From contig JAZGGI010000021.1 in NCBI GenBank assembly GCA_036480375.1, forward strand, positions 10,083 through 74,082: a stretch of DNA of 64,000 bases. Reading direction: 5' to 3'. The stretch comes from Candidatus Zixiibacteriota bacterium. Lineage in GTDB: Bacteria; Zixibacteria; MSB-5A5; GN15; JAAZOE01. A model generated the notes under the pieces. The model was given only the letters and a program-made list of their open reading frames with translations. It ran no database searches and was not told the DNA's origin. The position numbers were made by a program, and so were the translations under genes. This document shows positions 16,900 to 25,594 of this stretch, piece by piece (the stretch's first letter is position 1; every line of letters starts with the position of its first letter).

Positions 16900-18492
16900 A
16901 TGATGGGTATAAAATCAAGATTTACCGGTCGCCGCCGGGCTTACGATGAAGATTATGGCTGGCACTACGGAAAAATTCCCGAAAAACTGAAAGTTGAAGG
17001 AAAAGAGATTGAACATCCCGGGCGAAAATGCGCGATTTTTCTCGTACACGGCATCGGGACTCAAACCCGGACTGAAACGGCGGCCCAGCTTCGTTCAGGA
17101 TTCGAAGACGCTTTTGCGAAAATTTCCAATTGGCAAAAGAAAAATAATATCAAAGGAGTTCCAAATACTCGCAATCTGCCGCCGCCTTATATTAAAGAGG
17201 CGTACTGGGCCAACTATGCCAATGTTGAAGAAACGTTCCCGGACGATGTCAAGAAATTCAGCGATAATGAGAAGAAATTTTTTATCAAGCTTTGGACCAA
17301 ACGCTTATCCTCTGCTTTTAGAACATATTTCTGGTTTCTCGGACAGCAACTAAGACTTCTTAATCCTTCGGTAATATGTAAGGTCGGGTTTTTCGCCTGG
17401 CTGACATATTTTCCGTTTCAACTTATTTCATTTGTCATCCTGACGATTTCCCTGATTCGCCACCCCAAAATTATATCGGACTATCTTACCGATGTCAGGC
17501 TCTATCTTAAGCCGCGGGGGATAGTCGAACGGACGATTGTTAAAAATATTGATTACAATGTCGGAAAAACATTCCTGCAGCTTATCGGGCTTGACTGGGA
17601 TTTTCGAACGCTTCATGGCAAACACCGCAAGTATGTATTAGATCAACCAATAGAATTCAAGAGAATAATCTGGGTCGCCCACAGTCTGGGGACAGTCATA
17701 AGTTATAACGTTCTCTCGGATTTGTTTCACCGCGCTCAGAAAATCGAAATAGGCAATTTCAGTAAAGAGCAAAAGGATAATATCAGGGTTTTCAAACGCT
17801 CCCTTAAAAGATTTGTTACTCTGGGAAGCCCCATCGATAAAGTCGCTTTCTTATTTTATAAATCGTCATTGCGCCGCTGGCCCAGAATGCTGCGAGAGGA
17901 AATGCTTTTCCGCAATGAAATAATCGACGCCTATTTTGATATTGAAACTATGAAGAAGAAGGCAATAAAAGAGGCTGCCGAAAAGAAGATTGAAAAGGAG
18001 CAATCTTTCAAAAAAGATGAAGATATATGCCTTAATGACTATGATAAAAATCTCGGCGAGGAATGGTGGTACAATTTTTATCATGTCTTCGACCCCGTTT
18101 CGGGAGCATTAAACAGCGATTTATTATTCAAGCGCAGGAAGCCCAAATCAAAAAAGGATTCGAATGCAAAAGACGAAGATGATCCATTCATATATCAACC
18201 GCCTGTTAATCTGCATATCAAAATCTTAAAATGTCCCTTATGGGCACATGTCTTGTACTGGACAGATTCTCGTTCACTGGGTTATATCCTCGCATCAGCG
18301 TATGGTTCATTTGTAAATACCAAACCGTGCAAACCTTACTCCAGCCTGACCCTGACCATTTTGGCAATAATTTCCAAACTGGCTGTTTTTGGAATAGCCG
18401 GGGGAATTATTTACTCGATTCTATGTTGGGATAGAATCCGCCCGGTGTTGCAAAAAATATTCCCGGTTTTGGAGTTCATTTTTGGGTGGTGA
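16900..18492 (+). CDS. Membrane-embedded alpha/beta-hydrolase-like serine hydrolase (lipase/esterase-like)
   Basis: 530-aa ORF.
- Oxyanion-type motif: FLVHGIGTQ.
- Nucleophile elbow: VAHSLGT (GxSxG-like).
- Also TLGSPIDK, and candidate Asp (FDPVSG) and His (WAHVLYW) residues.
- Hydrophobic segments occur mid-protein (FFAWLTYFPFQLISFVILTISLI) and at the C-terminus. Confidence 0.55.
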   Translation: MMGIKSRFTGRRRAYDEDYGWHYGKIPEKLKVEGKEIEHPGRKCAIFLVHGIGTQTRTETAAQLRSGFEDAFAKISNWQKKNNIKGVPNTRNLPPPYIKEAYWANYANVEETFPDDVKKFSDNEKKFFIKLWTKRLSSAFRTYFWFLGQQLRLLNPSVICKVGFFAWLTYFPFQLISFVILTISLIRHPKIISDYLTDVRLYLKPRGIVERTIVKNIDYNVGKTFLQLIGLDWDFRTLHGKHRKYVLDQPIEFKRIIWVAHSLGTVISYNVLSDLFHRAQKIEIGNFSKEQKDNIRVFKRSLKRFVTLGSPIDKVAFLFYKSSLRRWPRMLREEMLFRNEIIDAYFDIETMKKKAIKEAAEKKIEKEQSFKKDEDICLNDYDKNLGEEWWYNFYHVFDPVSGALNSDLLFKRRKPKSKKDSNAKDEDDPFIYQPPVNLHIKILKCPLWAHVLYWTDSRSLGYILASAYGSFVNTKPCKPYSSLTLTILAIISKLAVFGIAGGIIYSILCWDRIRPVLQKIFPVLEFIFGW

Positions 18493-18564
18493 TGAATTTA
18501 GTGAATTTTAATGTCGGGTCACATCGGGCAAAACCCAATGTGACCTGGTGAAATCAATTCATGC

Positions 18565-19137
18565 CTAATACAAAAATGATGTAATGCCGACGCCGAATAT
18601 AATTGTGGTGCCGGAATCCGAATATTCATCCCAGCTCCATTTATCCGACGACACCCTAAATCCCAGATCAGCCCCGACAGCGTCTGATATCATTAATATC
18701 ATTCCAACCTGTGCACCAAATTCCGTGATATTGATATTACCATTTCCGCCGAAATCAATTTGACCAAAATTGAAAAAACCGGAAATGTATGGATAGACTG
18801 CGCCTTTAACATCCACTCGTTCCTGGTTAGTATTCAGGTAATATCCGATTTTAGGTCCAATTCGAAACTCGGTGTATGTGTCTCCACTTTGAGACAGAGA
18901 TACTAAATCAAAATTAGCCCCCATCATAAATCCGTCAGATACAAAAAACCCTAAAGATGGATTTAATATAATTGTGGTCATCCCGTCTCCGTCATCCTCA
19001 TATAGGTCGCCGGATTGAGAAAATACATAAAATTGTCCGCCTAAAATGGCATTGCCCTTTTCAAGCGGCGTCTCTCCAAATGATAAACCGGTCATGATGA
19101 AAAATACCACGCCCAGCATAATCATTACTTTTGACAT
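18565..19137 (-). CDS. Small outer-membrane beta-barrel protein (OmpW/porin-family-like)
   Basis: 190-aa ORF with a signal peptide, an alternating amphipathic strand pattern, and a C-terminal aromatic residue (...GVGITSFLY). Confidence 0.55.
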   Translation of the reverse strand: MSKVMIMLGVVFFIMTGLSFGETPLEKGNAILGGQFYVFSQSGDLYEDDGDGMTTIILNPSLGFFVSDGFMMGANFDLVSLSQSGDTYTEFRIGPKIGYYLNTNQERVDVKGAVYPYISGFFNFGQIDFGGNGNINITEFGAQVGMILMISDAVGADLGFRVSSDKWSWDEYSDSGTTIIFGVGITSFLY

Positions 19138-19221
19138 AACTCCTCCTCAGCTTGATGCTTAAAAAATTGACTATAATGCTCCTTTATATGAAAATAGAAG
19201 TGTGTGATACTTATTCGCAAT

Positions 19222-19251
19222 AAAAAAAAACCCCGCTTTTGCGGGGTTTTT
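19222..19251 (-). terminator. Rho-independent terminator downstream of rplS
   Basis: Stem ccccgc (19231-19236) pairs with gcgggg (19241-19246). It is flanked by an A-run and a T-run. Read on the minus strand, the hairpin is followed by T9. Confidence 0.7.
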
Positions 19252-19287
19252 CCGGCAGCTTTGGTCTGAATCAGTCAAACAAAGCGC

Positions 19288-19761
19288 TTATTTTTCAGTT
19301 TTTTCTCCGGTCGCAGGAGTTTTAACAACTTCCGGTTCAGCGGCTTTGGCCGGTTCCGGAGCTTTTTCCACTACCGGTTTGGCAACGGCCTTGTCCTTAT
19401 TGTTTTTCTTTTCGGTCTTTTCGCCGAGCTTTTCTTTGATGCGCGCCGATTTGCCGGTCAATCCTCTCAGGTAATAAAGCTTAGACCTGCGGACTCGTCC
19501 CATCGTAACGCGCTCGATCCTGTCAATATTCGGCGAGAACAGAGGAAAGACACGCTCGACGCCAACGCCGGATGAAATCTTGCGGACTGTGAAAGTTTTT
19601 CCGGTTCCCGATCCGCGGAGGCTGATTACCGTACCCTTGAAAACCTGAATTCGCTCTTTATCGCCTTCCTTAATCTTATAATAAACGGCGACGGTATCGC
19701 CGGAGCAGAATTTCGGTATATCCTTAATATACTGATTTTCAATCTGGGCGATTCTTTTCAT
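19288..19761 (-). CDS. rplS: 50S ribosomal protein L19 with a Lys/Ala/Pro/Glu-rich C-terminal extension
   Basis: The core [35 protein letters not shown]...[27 protein letters not shown] is classic L19. The start is taken at MKRIAQ. The ~40-aa tail is not part of canonical L19. Confidence 0.9.
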   Translation of the reverse strand: MKRIAQIENQYIKDIPKFCSGDTVAVYYKIKEGDKERIQVFKGTVISLRGSGTGKTFTVRKISSGVGVERVFPLFSPNIDRIERVTMGRVRRSKLYYLRGLTGKSARIKEKLGEKTEKKNNKDKAVAKPVVEKAPEPAKAAEPEVVKTPATGEKTEK

Positions 19762-20530
19762 CAGAACCACTCCCTTCTATAAACTCATTATTTATTTTCT
19801 TCAAAAACTCTTTATCTTCTTTGCTCAAATCGGCTTTGTCAATCAACTCGGGACGGTTGGCCATCGTTTTCTTAAGTGACTGCCGCCGTCGGTACATTTC
19901 AATCTCGGCATGATGGCCCGACATTAATTCCTCGGGAATTGTAAGTCCCCTGAACTCGGCCGGGCGGGTGTACACCGGAGCGCCCAGAAGCTGATCATTG
20001 GTAAATGAATCGCTTATGGCTGATTCGATATTTCCCACTACCCCGGGGATCAATCTGACAGCCGCGTCAATAATCACCCATGCCGCCGGTTCGCCGCCGG
20101 TCAGGACATAATCGCCGATTGATATTTCATCTATCGGGTAAAGCCGCAAAATTCTTTCGTCGATTCCTTTATAATGTCCGCAGATTATAACCAGTCTTTC
20201 CAGGAGCGACAATTTCATCGCCGTTTCCTGGCTGAATTTTTTCCCGGACGCGGCCGTTAAGATAATTTTTATCTTATCCCGGTCAAAATTATCGTAATCG
20301 ATTCCGAGACTATCCATAGCCGCCGCCAGCGGTTCGGGTTTGAGAACCATCCCGCCTCCGCCGCCAAAGGGAGTGTCATCGACGGTGCTGTGTTTATCCG
20401 TTGCAAAATCCCGCAGATGAATAATATTGATGTCAAAGAGCTTGTCTGCTTTTCCCCGTCCCAGCAGCGATGATTCCAAAGGTTTCACCAATGCCTCGGG
20501 AAAAAGAGTAATTAAATCTATCCTCAGCAT
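19739..20530 (-). CDS. trmD: tRNA (guanine37-N1)-methyltransferase TrmD
   Basis: [12 protein letters not shown]... at ATG 20530 is the canonical TrmD N-terminus. It also has [11 protein letters not shown] and the trefoil-knot region. The start lies 4 nt after the rimM stop. Confidence 0.9.
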   Translation of the reverse strand: MLRIDLITLFPEALVKPLESSLLGRGKADKLFDINIIHLRDFATDKHSTVDDTPFGGGGGMVLKPEPLAAAMDSLGIDYDNFDRDKIKIILTAASGKKFSQETAMKLSLLERLVIICGHYKGIDERILRLYPIDEISIGDYVLTGGEPAAWVIIDAAVRLIPGVVGNIESAISDSFTNDQLLGAPVYTRPAEFRGLTIPEELMSGHHAEIEMYRRRQSLKKTMANRPELIDKADLSKEDKEFLKKINNEFIEGSGSDEKNRPD

Positions 20531-20534
20531 TTTT

Positions 20535-21080
20535 TTATTCTGCTTCGGTTTGACTTCCCCGGCCTTCAAATAACCCAGCCGGGGGGTCAATTATAATCTT
20601 TTTTTTCTCAATGTCAATCCCAATAATGAACCTGTCCACCACCGGGAACAACACTTCGCCGTATTCCTTCGATTTTATCCGGTAAATATCGTTGGCCGGA
20701 TAAAACAAAACCTCCTCAATAACCCCGTAATTTGTTCCATCAGTTCCCCTTACTTCCGAGTCGATAATATCGAACTGATAATAACTGTCCTCGGGTAACT
20801 CCGCCGCCTGCTCGCCCGGAATTTCAACCGTTTTATTGGTCATCGCCGCGGCCGATTCGCGGCTTGTTATTCCAGCGATCCCAACAATCGGCCGGTCACC
20901 GACGATTCTGACCGATTCAATTTTTAATGGCCGTCGATTTTCGCCGTCGGCCACGAAAATTTCTTTCAATTCCAGAAAACGCCGAGGAAAATCGGTTTCA
21001 GGGATTATATAAATCTCTCCGGATAATCCCTTCGGCCGGCCAAACCGACCGATAACAATATATTCCGGTCGATTGATCAC
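20535..21080 (-). CDS. rimM: 16S rRNA processing protein RimM
   Basis: IVIGRFGRPKGLSGEIYI is the RimM N-terminus. A PRC-barrel-like C-terminus is present, and the gene sits between the KH gene and trmD. Confidence 0.85.
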   Translation of the reverse strand: MINRPEYIVIGRFGRPKGLSGEIYIIPETDFPRRFLELKEIFVADGENRRPLKIESVRIVGDRPIVGIAGITSRESAAAMTNKTVEIPGEQAAELPEDSYYQFDIIDSEVRGTDGTNYGVIEEVLFYPANDIYRIKSKEYGEVLFPVVDRFIIGIDIEKKKIIIDPPAGLFEGRGSQTEAE

Positions 21081-21311
21081 TTATTCCAAAATCTCGAGAA
21101 CCGCGCGTTTGCCTTTTTTGGCGGAAATCGCGGCAATCAGAGTACGGATAGATTTGGCCGTCTGGCCGTGTTTTCCGATTACCTTACCAAGGTCGCCGTC
21201 ACCGACGTGCAATTCGTAAACGGTAGTTCGTTCGCCTTGAACTTCATTTAATTGAACCTGATCGGGTTGATCAACCAACGCCTTAACGATCGTCTCAATA
21301 AACTCTTTCAT
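21081..21311 (-). CDS. KH domain RNA-binding protein (YlqC/UPF0109 family)
   Basis: 76-aa ORF with the [17 protein letters not shown] GxxG KH motif, in the conserved position between rpsP and rimM. Confidence 0.8.
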   Translation of the reverse strand: MKEFIETIVKALVDQPDQVQLNEVQGERTTVYELHVGDGDLGKVIGKHGQTAKSIRTLIAAISAKKGKRAVLEILE

Positions 21312-21381
21312 TCGATACTCCTTTGTAAGTCAGAAGTCAGTGATAACACTACTACGCATTAGTTTGTGACAATATGTGAGG

Positions 21382-21729
21382 TTATTCCACTTTTTTCTTC
21401 GATTTCCTCTTTTTGGGTCGTTCCGTTATGGTATCATTGATAGTCATCTCGGAAATATCCTGTCCGGCTTTTTTGGCCAGATACTTCTTTGTCAGACCGA
21501 TTTGGGTAAAAAGCGAAGCGACGGTATCGGATACAACCGCGCCCTCATCGAGCCATTTGTACGCTTTTTCCTCATCGACTGTCACCCGGGCCGGTTTTTC
21601 AATAGCGGCGTAATGGCCGATATTTTCCAGAATCGGACCGTTGACCGCGCGGCGCGAATCAATCGCGACAATGCGGTAATACGGGCGTTTCTTACTGCCC
21701 ATCCGTTTTAATCTGATTTTTGTGGCCAA
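21382..21729 (-). CDS. rpsP: 30S ribosomal protein S16 with a basic C-terminal extension
   Basis: KIRLKRMGSKKRPYYRIVAIDSR is the S16 signature. It uses a TTG start with an upstream GGAGG. The Lys-rich tail is ...RPKKRKSKKKVE. Confidence 0.9.
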   Translation of the reverse strand: MATKIRLKRMGSKKRPYYRIVAIDSRRAVNGPILENIGHYAAIEKPARVTVDEEKAYKWLDEGAVVSDTVASLFTQIGLTKKYLAKKAGQDISEMTINDTITERPKKRKSKKKVE

Positions 21730-21757
21730 TAGCTCCTTCCTTTATATATAAGGTTTG

Positions 21758-23080
21758 TTAAAATGGCATCATGTTTTTCGGCAATCCCTTCATGCCCATT
21801 TTGCCAACGTTTTTCAACATCTTTTTCATCTGTCCGAACTGTTTTAACATTCTATTCAATTCCTGAACAGTGGTTCCCGAACCGTTCGCTATTCTTTTAC
21901 GGCGGGAGCCGTTTATTATATTGGGATTTTGACGTTCGTACGGCGTCATTGATAGAATCATCGCCTCAACCCGTTTCATGGCTTTGGGATCAAGGGTCGC
22001 CCCTTTGAGCGCCTTGCCCATCCCCGGAATCATTTCCAGAAGCGATTCCAAGGGTCCCATTTTTTTTAGTTGCTGCATCTGCGCGTAAAAATCTTCCAGC
22101 GTGAACTGAGCCTTACGCAGCTTCTTCTCAAGCTTTTCGGCCTCTTTGATATCGACCATCTCCTGCGCCTTTTCGACGAAGGAGACAATATCACCCATCC
22201 CCAATATTCGCGATGCCATCCGGTCGGGATGAAACGCTTCCAAATCGGTCAGTTTCTCGCCGATTCCGACCAGTTTAATCGGGCATCCGGTCACGGCTCG
22301 AATCGAGAGAGCCGCGCCGCCGCGGGCGTCGCCGTCTAGCTTCGATAACACTACGCCGGTAACATCGAGCCGTTTATGAAATTCACCGGCGACGTTGACG
22401 GCGTCCTGACCGGTCATGGCGTCGGCCACGAGCAATATTTCCTGTGGCTTGGCCATCTTTTTAATATTAGTCAACTCGGTCATCAGCTCATCGTCGATAT
22501 GCAGCCGTCCGGCGGTATCAAATATTATCAAATCGACAAATTCTTTGCGAGCCTTACTTATAGCCTCTTTGCAAATTTTGACCGGGTCCTCCTGACCCAT
22601 CTCAAAAACGGCCACGTCAATCTGTTTGCCCAGCATCTGCAACTGCTTGATCGCCGCGGGGCGATACGGATCAGCGGCGACCATCAGGACTTTTTTATTT
22701 TTCTTCTTGTATCGCAAGCCCAGCTTGGCAGTCAACGTCGTTTTGCCCGATCCCTGCAACCCGCATGTCATGATTATTGAAGGGGGACGCTCGGAAACAT
22801 GGATATCGGCTGTTTTCTCACCGAGCAGTTTGACTAATTTTTCATGGACGATTTTGATGATCTGCTGGCCCGGTTCAACCGACCGGACAGTCGTCGCCCC
22901 GGCCGCTTCGGCCTGGATATCTTTGATAAACTCTTTGGTGACTTTGTAATTGACGTCAGCTTCGAGAAGCGCCCGGCGGATATCCTTGAGGGCGTCTTTG
23001 ATATTATCCTCGGTCAGCGTTCCGTGTCCGCGGAGTTTTTTGAATGTCGCTTCTAATTTTTCGGTCAGGCTGTCAAACAT
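21758..23080 (-). CDS. ffh: Signal recognition particle protein Ffh
   Basis: 440-aa ORF with NG-domain motifs GLQGSGKTTT-like (GLQGSGKTTLTAKL), DTAGR and LDGDARGG, plus a Met-rich M domain. Confidence 0.97.
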   Translation of the reverse strand: MFDSLTEKLEATFKKLRGHGTLTEDNIKDALKDIRRALLEADVNYKVTKEFIKDIQAEAAGATTVRSVEPGQQIIKIVHEKLVKLLGEKTADIHVSERPPSIIMTCGLQGSGKTTLTAKLGLRYKKKNKKVLMVAADPYRPAAIKQLQMLGKQIDVAVFEMGQEDPVKICKEAISKARKEFVDLIIFDTAGRLHIDDELMTELTNIKKMAKPQEILLVADAMTGQDAVNVAGEFHKRLDVTGVVLSKLDGDARGGAALSIRAVTGCPIKLVGIGEKLTDLEAFHPDRMASRILGMGDIVSFVEKAQEMVDIKEAEKLEKKLRKAQFTLEDFYAQMQQLKKMGPLESLLEMIPGMGKALKGATLDPKAMKRVEAMILSMTPYERQNPNIINGSRRKRIANGSGTTVQELNRMLKQFGQMKKMLKNVGKMGMKGLPKNMMPF

Positions 23081-23469
23081 TGTTTTCGCTTCAGTTCAAT
23101 TGTCGTTTTCAATCTCAATTTCCGGCGCAGGCAGGTTTCGAAATTACCAAGACGCAATCAATTGTACCATACCAACAGGCGCAATCCGCCCCTTGGGCCA
23201 GAGCCAAATAATATACCAATTTGGGACAAAAATGCAAGCGGATTTAAAGGGGGGATAGTTTCGGATTTGATAATGGTTTGATGTGTACATTTTATGTTGT
23301 GGATTTTGTATAAATGGACTATTATTAAATGTGATAAAGGAATCTTCCCAACAGGACCTAGTCCTTGTCGGGTGGGACACCTACACAATGAATTTTGTAG
23401 TGGAAATCACTCAAAATGTGATTTACATTACTTCAGTTATGTACGTGATTAAGAGGAGAGAAGATAGCA

Positions 23470-24849
23470 GTGAGCGGGAAGCTGAAAATCTGCGGTGAGA
23501 TTCGAGACCCGATACATGGTCTAATACCAGTAACGGACATTGAATTCAAGGTCATGGATACTTCTTCTTTTCAACGACTAAGGAGGATCAAGCAGCTAGC
23601 TCTTGCCGATCTGGGATTTCATGGTGCGATGCATAATCGTTTTGGCCACTCGGTTGGTGTGATGCATATCGCTTCAAAGATGATTGAGCATCTTGAAAAC
23701 GCTGGCGAGGTAAAATTGAAGGGTACAGAAATGCAAGATATCCGTCTTGCGGGTTTGTTGCACGACATCGGCCATGGCCCTTTTTCTCATATCTCGGAGT
23801 ATCTTCTGAAGTATATGAGTCCACAGAGTGAGAAGAAAGGAAATATCGAAGAGATTCACGAAGCGATCTCACATCGCATCATTGCTGAGGACCGTACGAT
23901 TAAAGATGTATTGGGCGAGGCAAGAACTATGAGAATAATATCTATTTTAAGTACAGACCAGCCATCCCCGGATTTCAAGCATGATCTTGTTTCAGGTCCT
24001 CTCGATGCTGACAAAATGGACTATCTTCTGAGAGACAGCTACTTCACAGGGGTGAAATATGGTGTATTCGATTTGGACAGATTAATTAATGTTCTGACTA
24101 TGACTGATGAAAACAGAATGAAGCGACTAGCCGCAAAACGTGAGGGTGTCCAAGCAGTAGAGCAGTATGTACTGGCGAAATACTTCATCGCTCACCAGGT
24201 TTATCAGCATCGAATCAGGCACATTACCGACAAAATGATTATCGAAGGAGTCAGCGCTTCAATCACTGACGGGAATGAAGACCTAAAGAAAGTCTATAGT
24301 TATAGCAAGAAGAAGGCCTATGTTACTGAATATCTTAAGTGGGATGATGAGTTAGTTTGCCAGTCTGTGCTTAGCAATAGCAAGCGGGGTTCCAAAGGGT
24401 ATAAGTATTTCTCGATGTTGAGAGATCGACAGTTGCTTAAGGAAATATCGAATATCCGCGTCAATGAATTAGACGGAGGAGAGAGTCTTCAGGCGATTGA
24501 GAAGATTGAAGAGATCAGGAAAAGTAATTATGACGATTTGGTTTCGACTATAGAGCAGGAATTCTCTCTTTTACCAGGATTTACGCATGTCTTGGCATAT
24601 TCACTCAAAGTTCCACTAATACAGAAGAGCTTTGGAATTGTTGATGAGCAGTCAATTCGTATTAAGTGTAGTGAAAAGACAACGACGCTATTAGAGAATG
24701 AAAGTCCTCTTTACGGTGGTATTGTGGATGATGCAAAAAATCACTTTATTCAGATCATTGGGATTCCGAAAATAAAGTTGAAATCCAGAGAGAGTCGTGA
24801 GAAACTGAGTAAAAAAATCCTGACAAAGTACTTTGAAGGAAATTTGTAA
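23470..24849 (+). CDS. HD-domain phosphohydrolase, SAMHD1/EF1143-like (COG1078-type putative dNTP triphosphohydrolase)
   Basis: 459-aa ORF with a GTG start after aggag. NRFGHSVGV, LLHDIGHGPFSH and DADKMDYLLRDSYFTGVKYG line up with the H...HD...D catalytic motifs of SAMHD1-type enzymes. Confidence 0.85.
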   Translation: MSGKLKICGEIRDPIHGLIPVTDIEFKVMDTSSFQRLRRIKQLALADLGFHGAMHNRFGHSVGVMHIASKMIEHLENAGEVKLKGTEMQDIRLAGLLHDIGHGPFSHISEYLLKYMSPQSEKKGNIEEIHEAISHRIIAEDRTIKDVLGEARTMRIISILSTDQPSPDFKHDLVSGPLDADKMDYLLRDSYFTGVKYGVFDLDRLINVLTMTDENRMKRLAAKREGVQAVEQYVLAKYFIAHQVYQHRIRHITDKMIIEGVSASITDGNEDLKKVYSYSKKKAYVTEYLKWDDELVCQSVLSNSKRGSKGYKYFSMLRDRQLLKEISNIRVNELDGGESLQAIEKIEEIRKSNYDDLVSTIEQEFSLLPGFTHVLAYSLKVPLIQKSFGIVDEQSIRIKCSEKTTTLLENESPLYGGIVDDAKNHFIQIIGIPKIKLKSRESREKLSKKILTKYFEGNL

Positions 24850-25433
24850 TGAATATACCAAATGTATACGCACTTCTAATATACTTGATCGAGCACAATG
24901 GTGGCTCGTTTCATGGCAAGACAAACATCCACAAGAACATATACCTGCTCCAGCAGATGATGCCTCGGATCGATCTTCCATTGAAGTTTAGCCCCTATTT
25001 CTATGGACCCTTTAGTCAAGACGTTTCGGAGGCACTGGATCTTCTAGAGAGTAGCGGTTTACTGAAGGTTAGTGCTATAGATTACGGGGTGAGAGATTCT
25101 TTTGAGGTTCGCAAGTACATTTACAAACTTACGTCGTCCGGAAGGTCAGCTGCTGAAAGTGTTAAGAAGAACTACAATGAGTTTGCGTCTGTAATCGACA
25201 GTAATTTCGCAAAACTAATTTCTACAGGCTACCATGAAAATACTAAGGTCATTTCTACTGCATCAAAGGTAAAACATATTCTTTCTGCAGAAAAGAAATC
25301 GCTGACTAGGAAATCAATTCAAGCAAAGGCAAAAGAGCTGGGGTGGGAGATCAATACGCGCGATTTATCTGCATCCGTGAAGGTGCTAGTTGACATCGGG
25401 TTGGCTAGGACAGGTGATCCATCTCAAAAATAA
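24849..25433 (+). CDS. Small partner protein: Panacea (DUF4065/SocA)- or YwgA-like N-terminal domain with a possible winged-helix C-terminus
   Basis: 194-aa ORF whose ATG overlaps the HD gene stop (TAATG at 24847-24851). KTNIHKNIYLLQQ...FSPYFYGPFSQDVSEALDLL resembles the Panacea pattern (T..KLQKLLY...F.AW.YGPV...V). The C-terminus LTRKSIQAKAKELGWEINTRDLSASVKVLVDIGLAR looks HTH-like. Confidence 0.5.
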   Translation: MNIPNVYALLIYLIEHNGGSFHGKTNIHKNIYLLQQMMPRIDLPLKFSPYFYGPFSQDVSEALDLLESSGLLKVSAIDYGVRDSFEVRKYIYKLTSSGRSAAESVKKNYNEFASVIDSNFAKLISTGYHENTKVISTASKVKHILSAEKKSLTRKSIQAKAKELGWEINTRDLSASVKVLVDIGLARTGDPSQK

Positions 25434-25594
25434 GCAATACGTTTTTTCAAGCGGATTCCTCGTAAAGAACCTTTACAATTATTCCACAATTCCACTGTGT
25501 TTTCTGAAATCATCCACGTTTATAGAATGAAATGATTTTATGATGGAGTGATAATTATTAATGGGAAAGTAGGCTTTTACGAAGTACGAAAAAG

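Noticed and set aside
18517-18545. The hairpin ggtcacat...atgtgacc between the convergent hydrolase and OMP genes, considered as a terminator.
   Set aside because: No T-run follows on either strand. It may still act as a stabilising stem-loop, but it cannot be supported as an intrinsic terminator.
20531-20590. A 20-codon N-terminal extension of the trmD ORF, overlapping rimM by 56 nt.
   Set aside because: The internal ATG at 20530 yields the canonical [13 protein letters not shown]-terminus and sits 4 nt after the rimM stop. The extension has no homology-like features.
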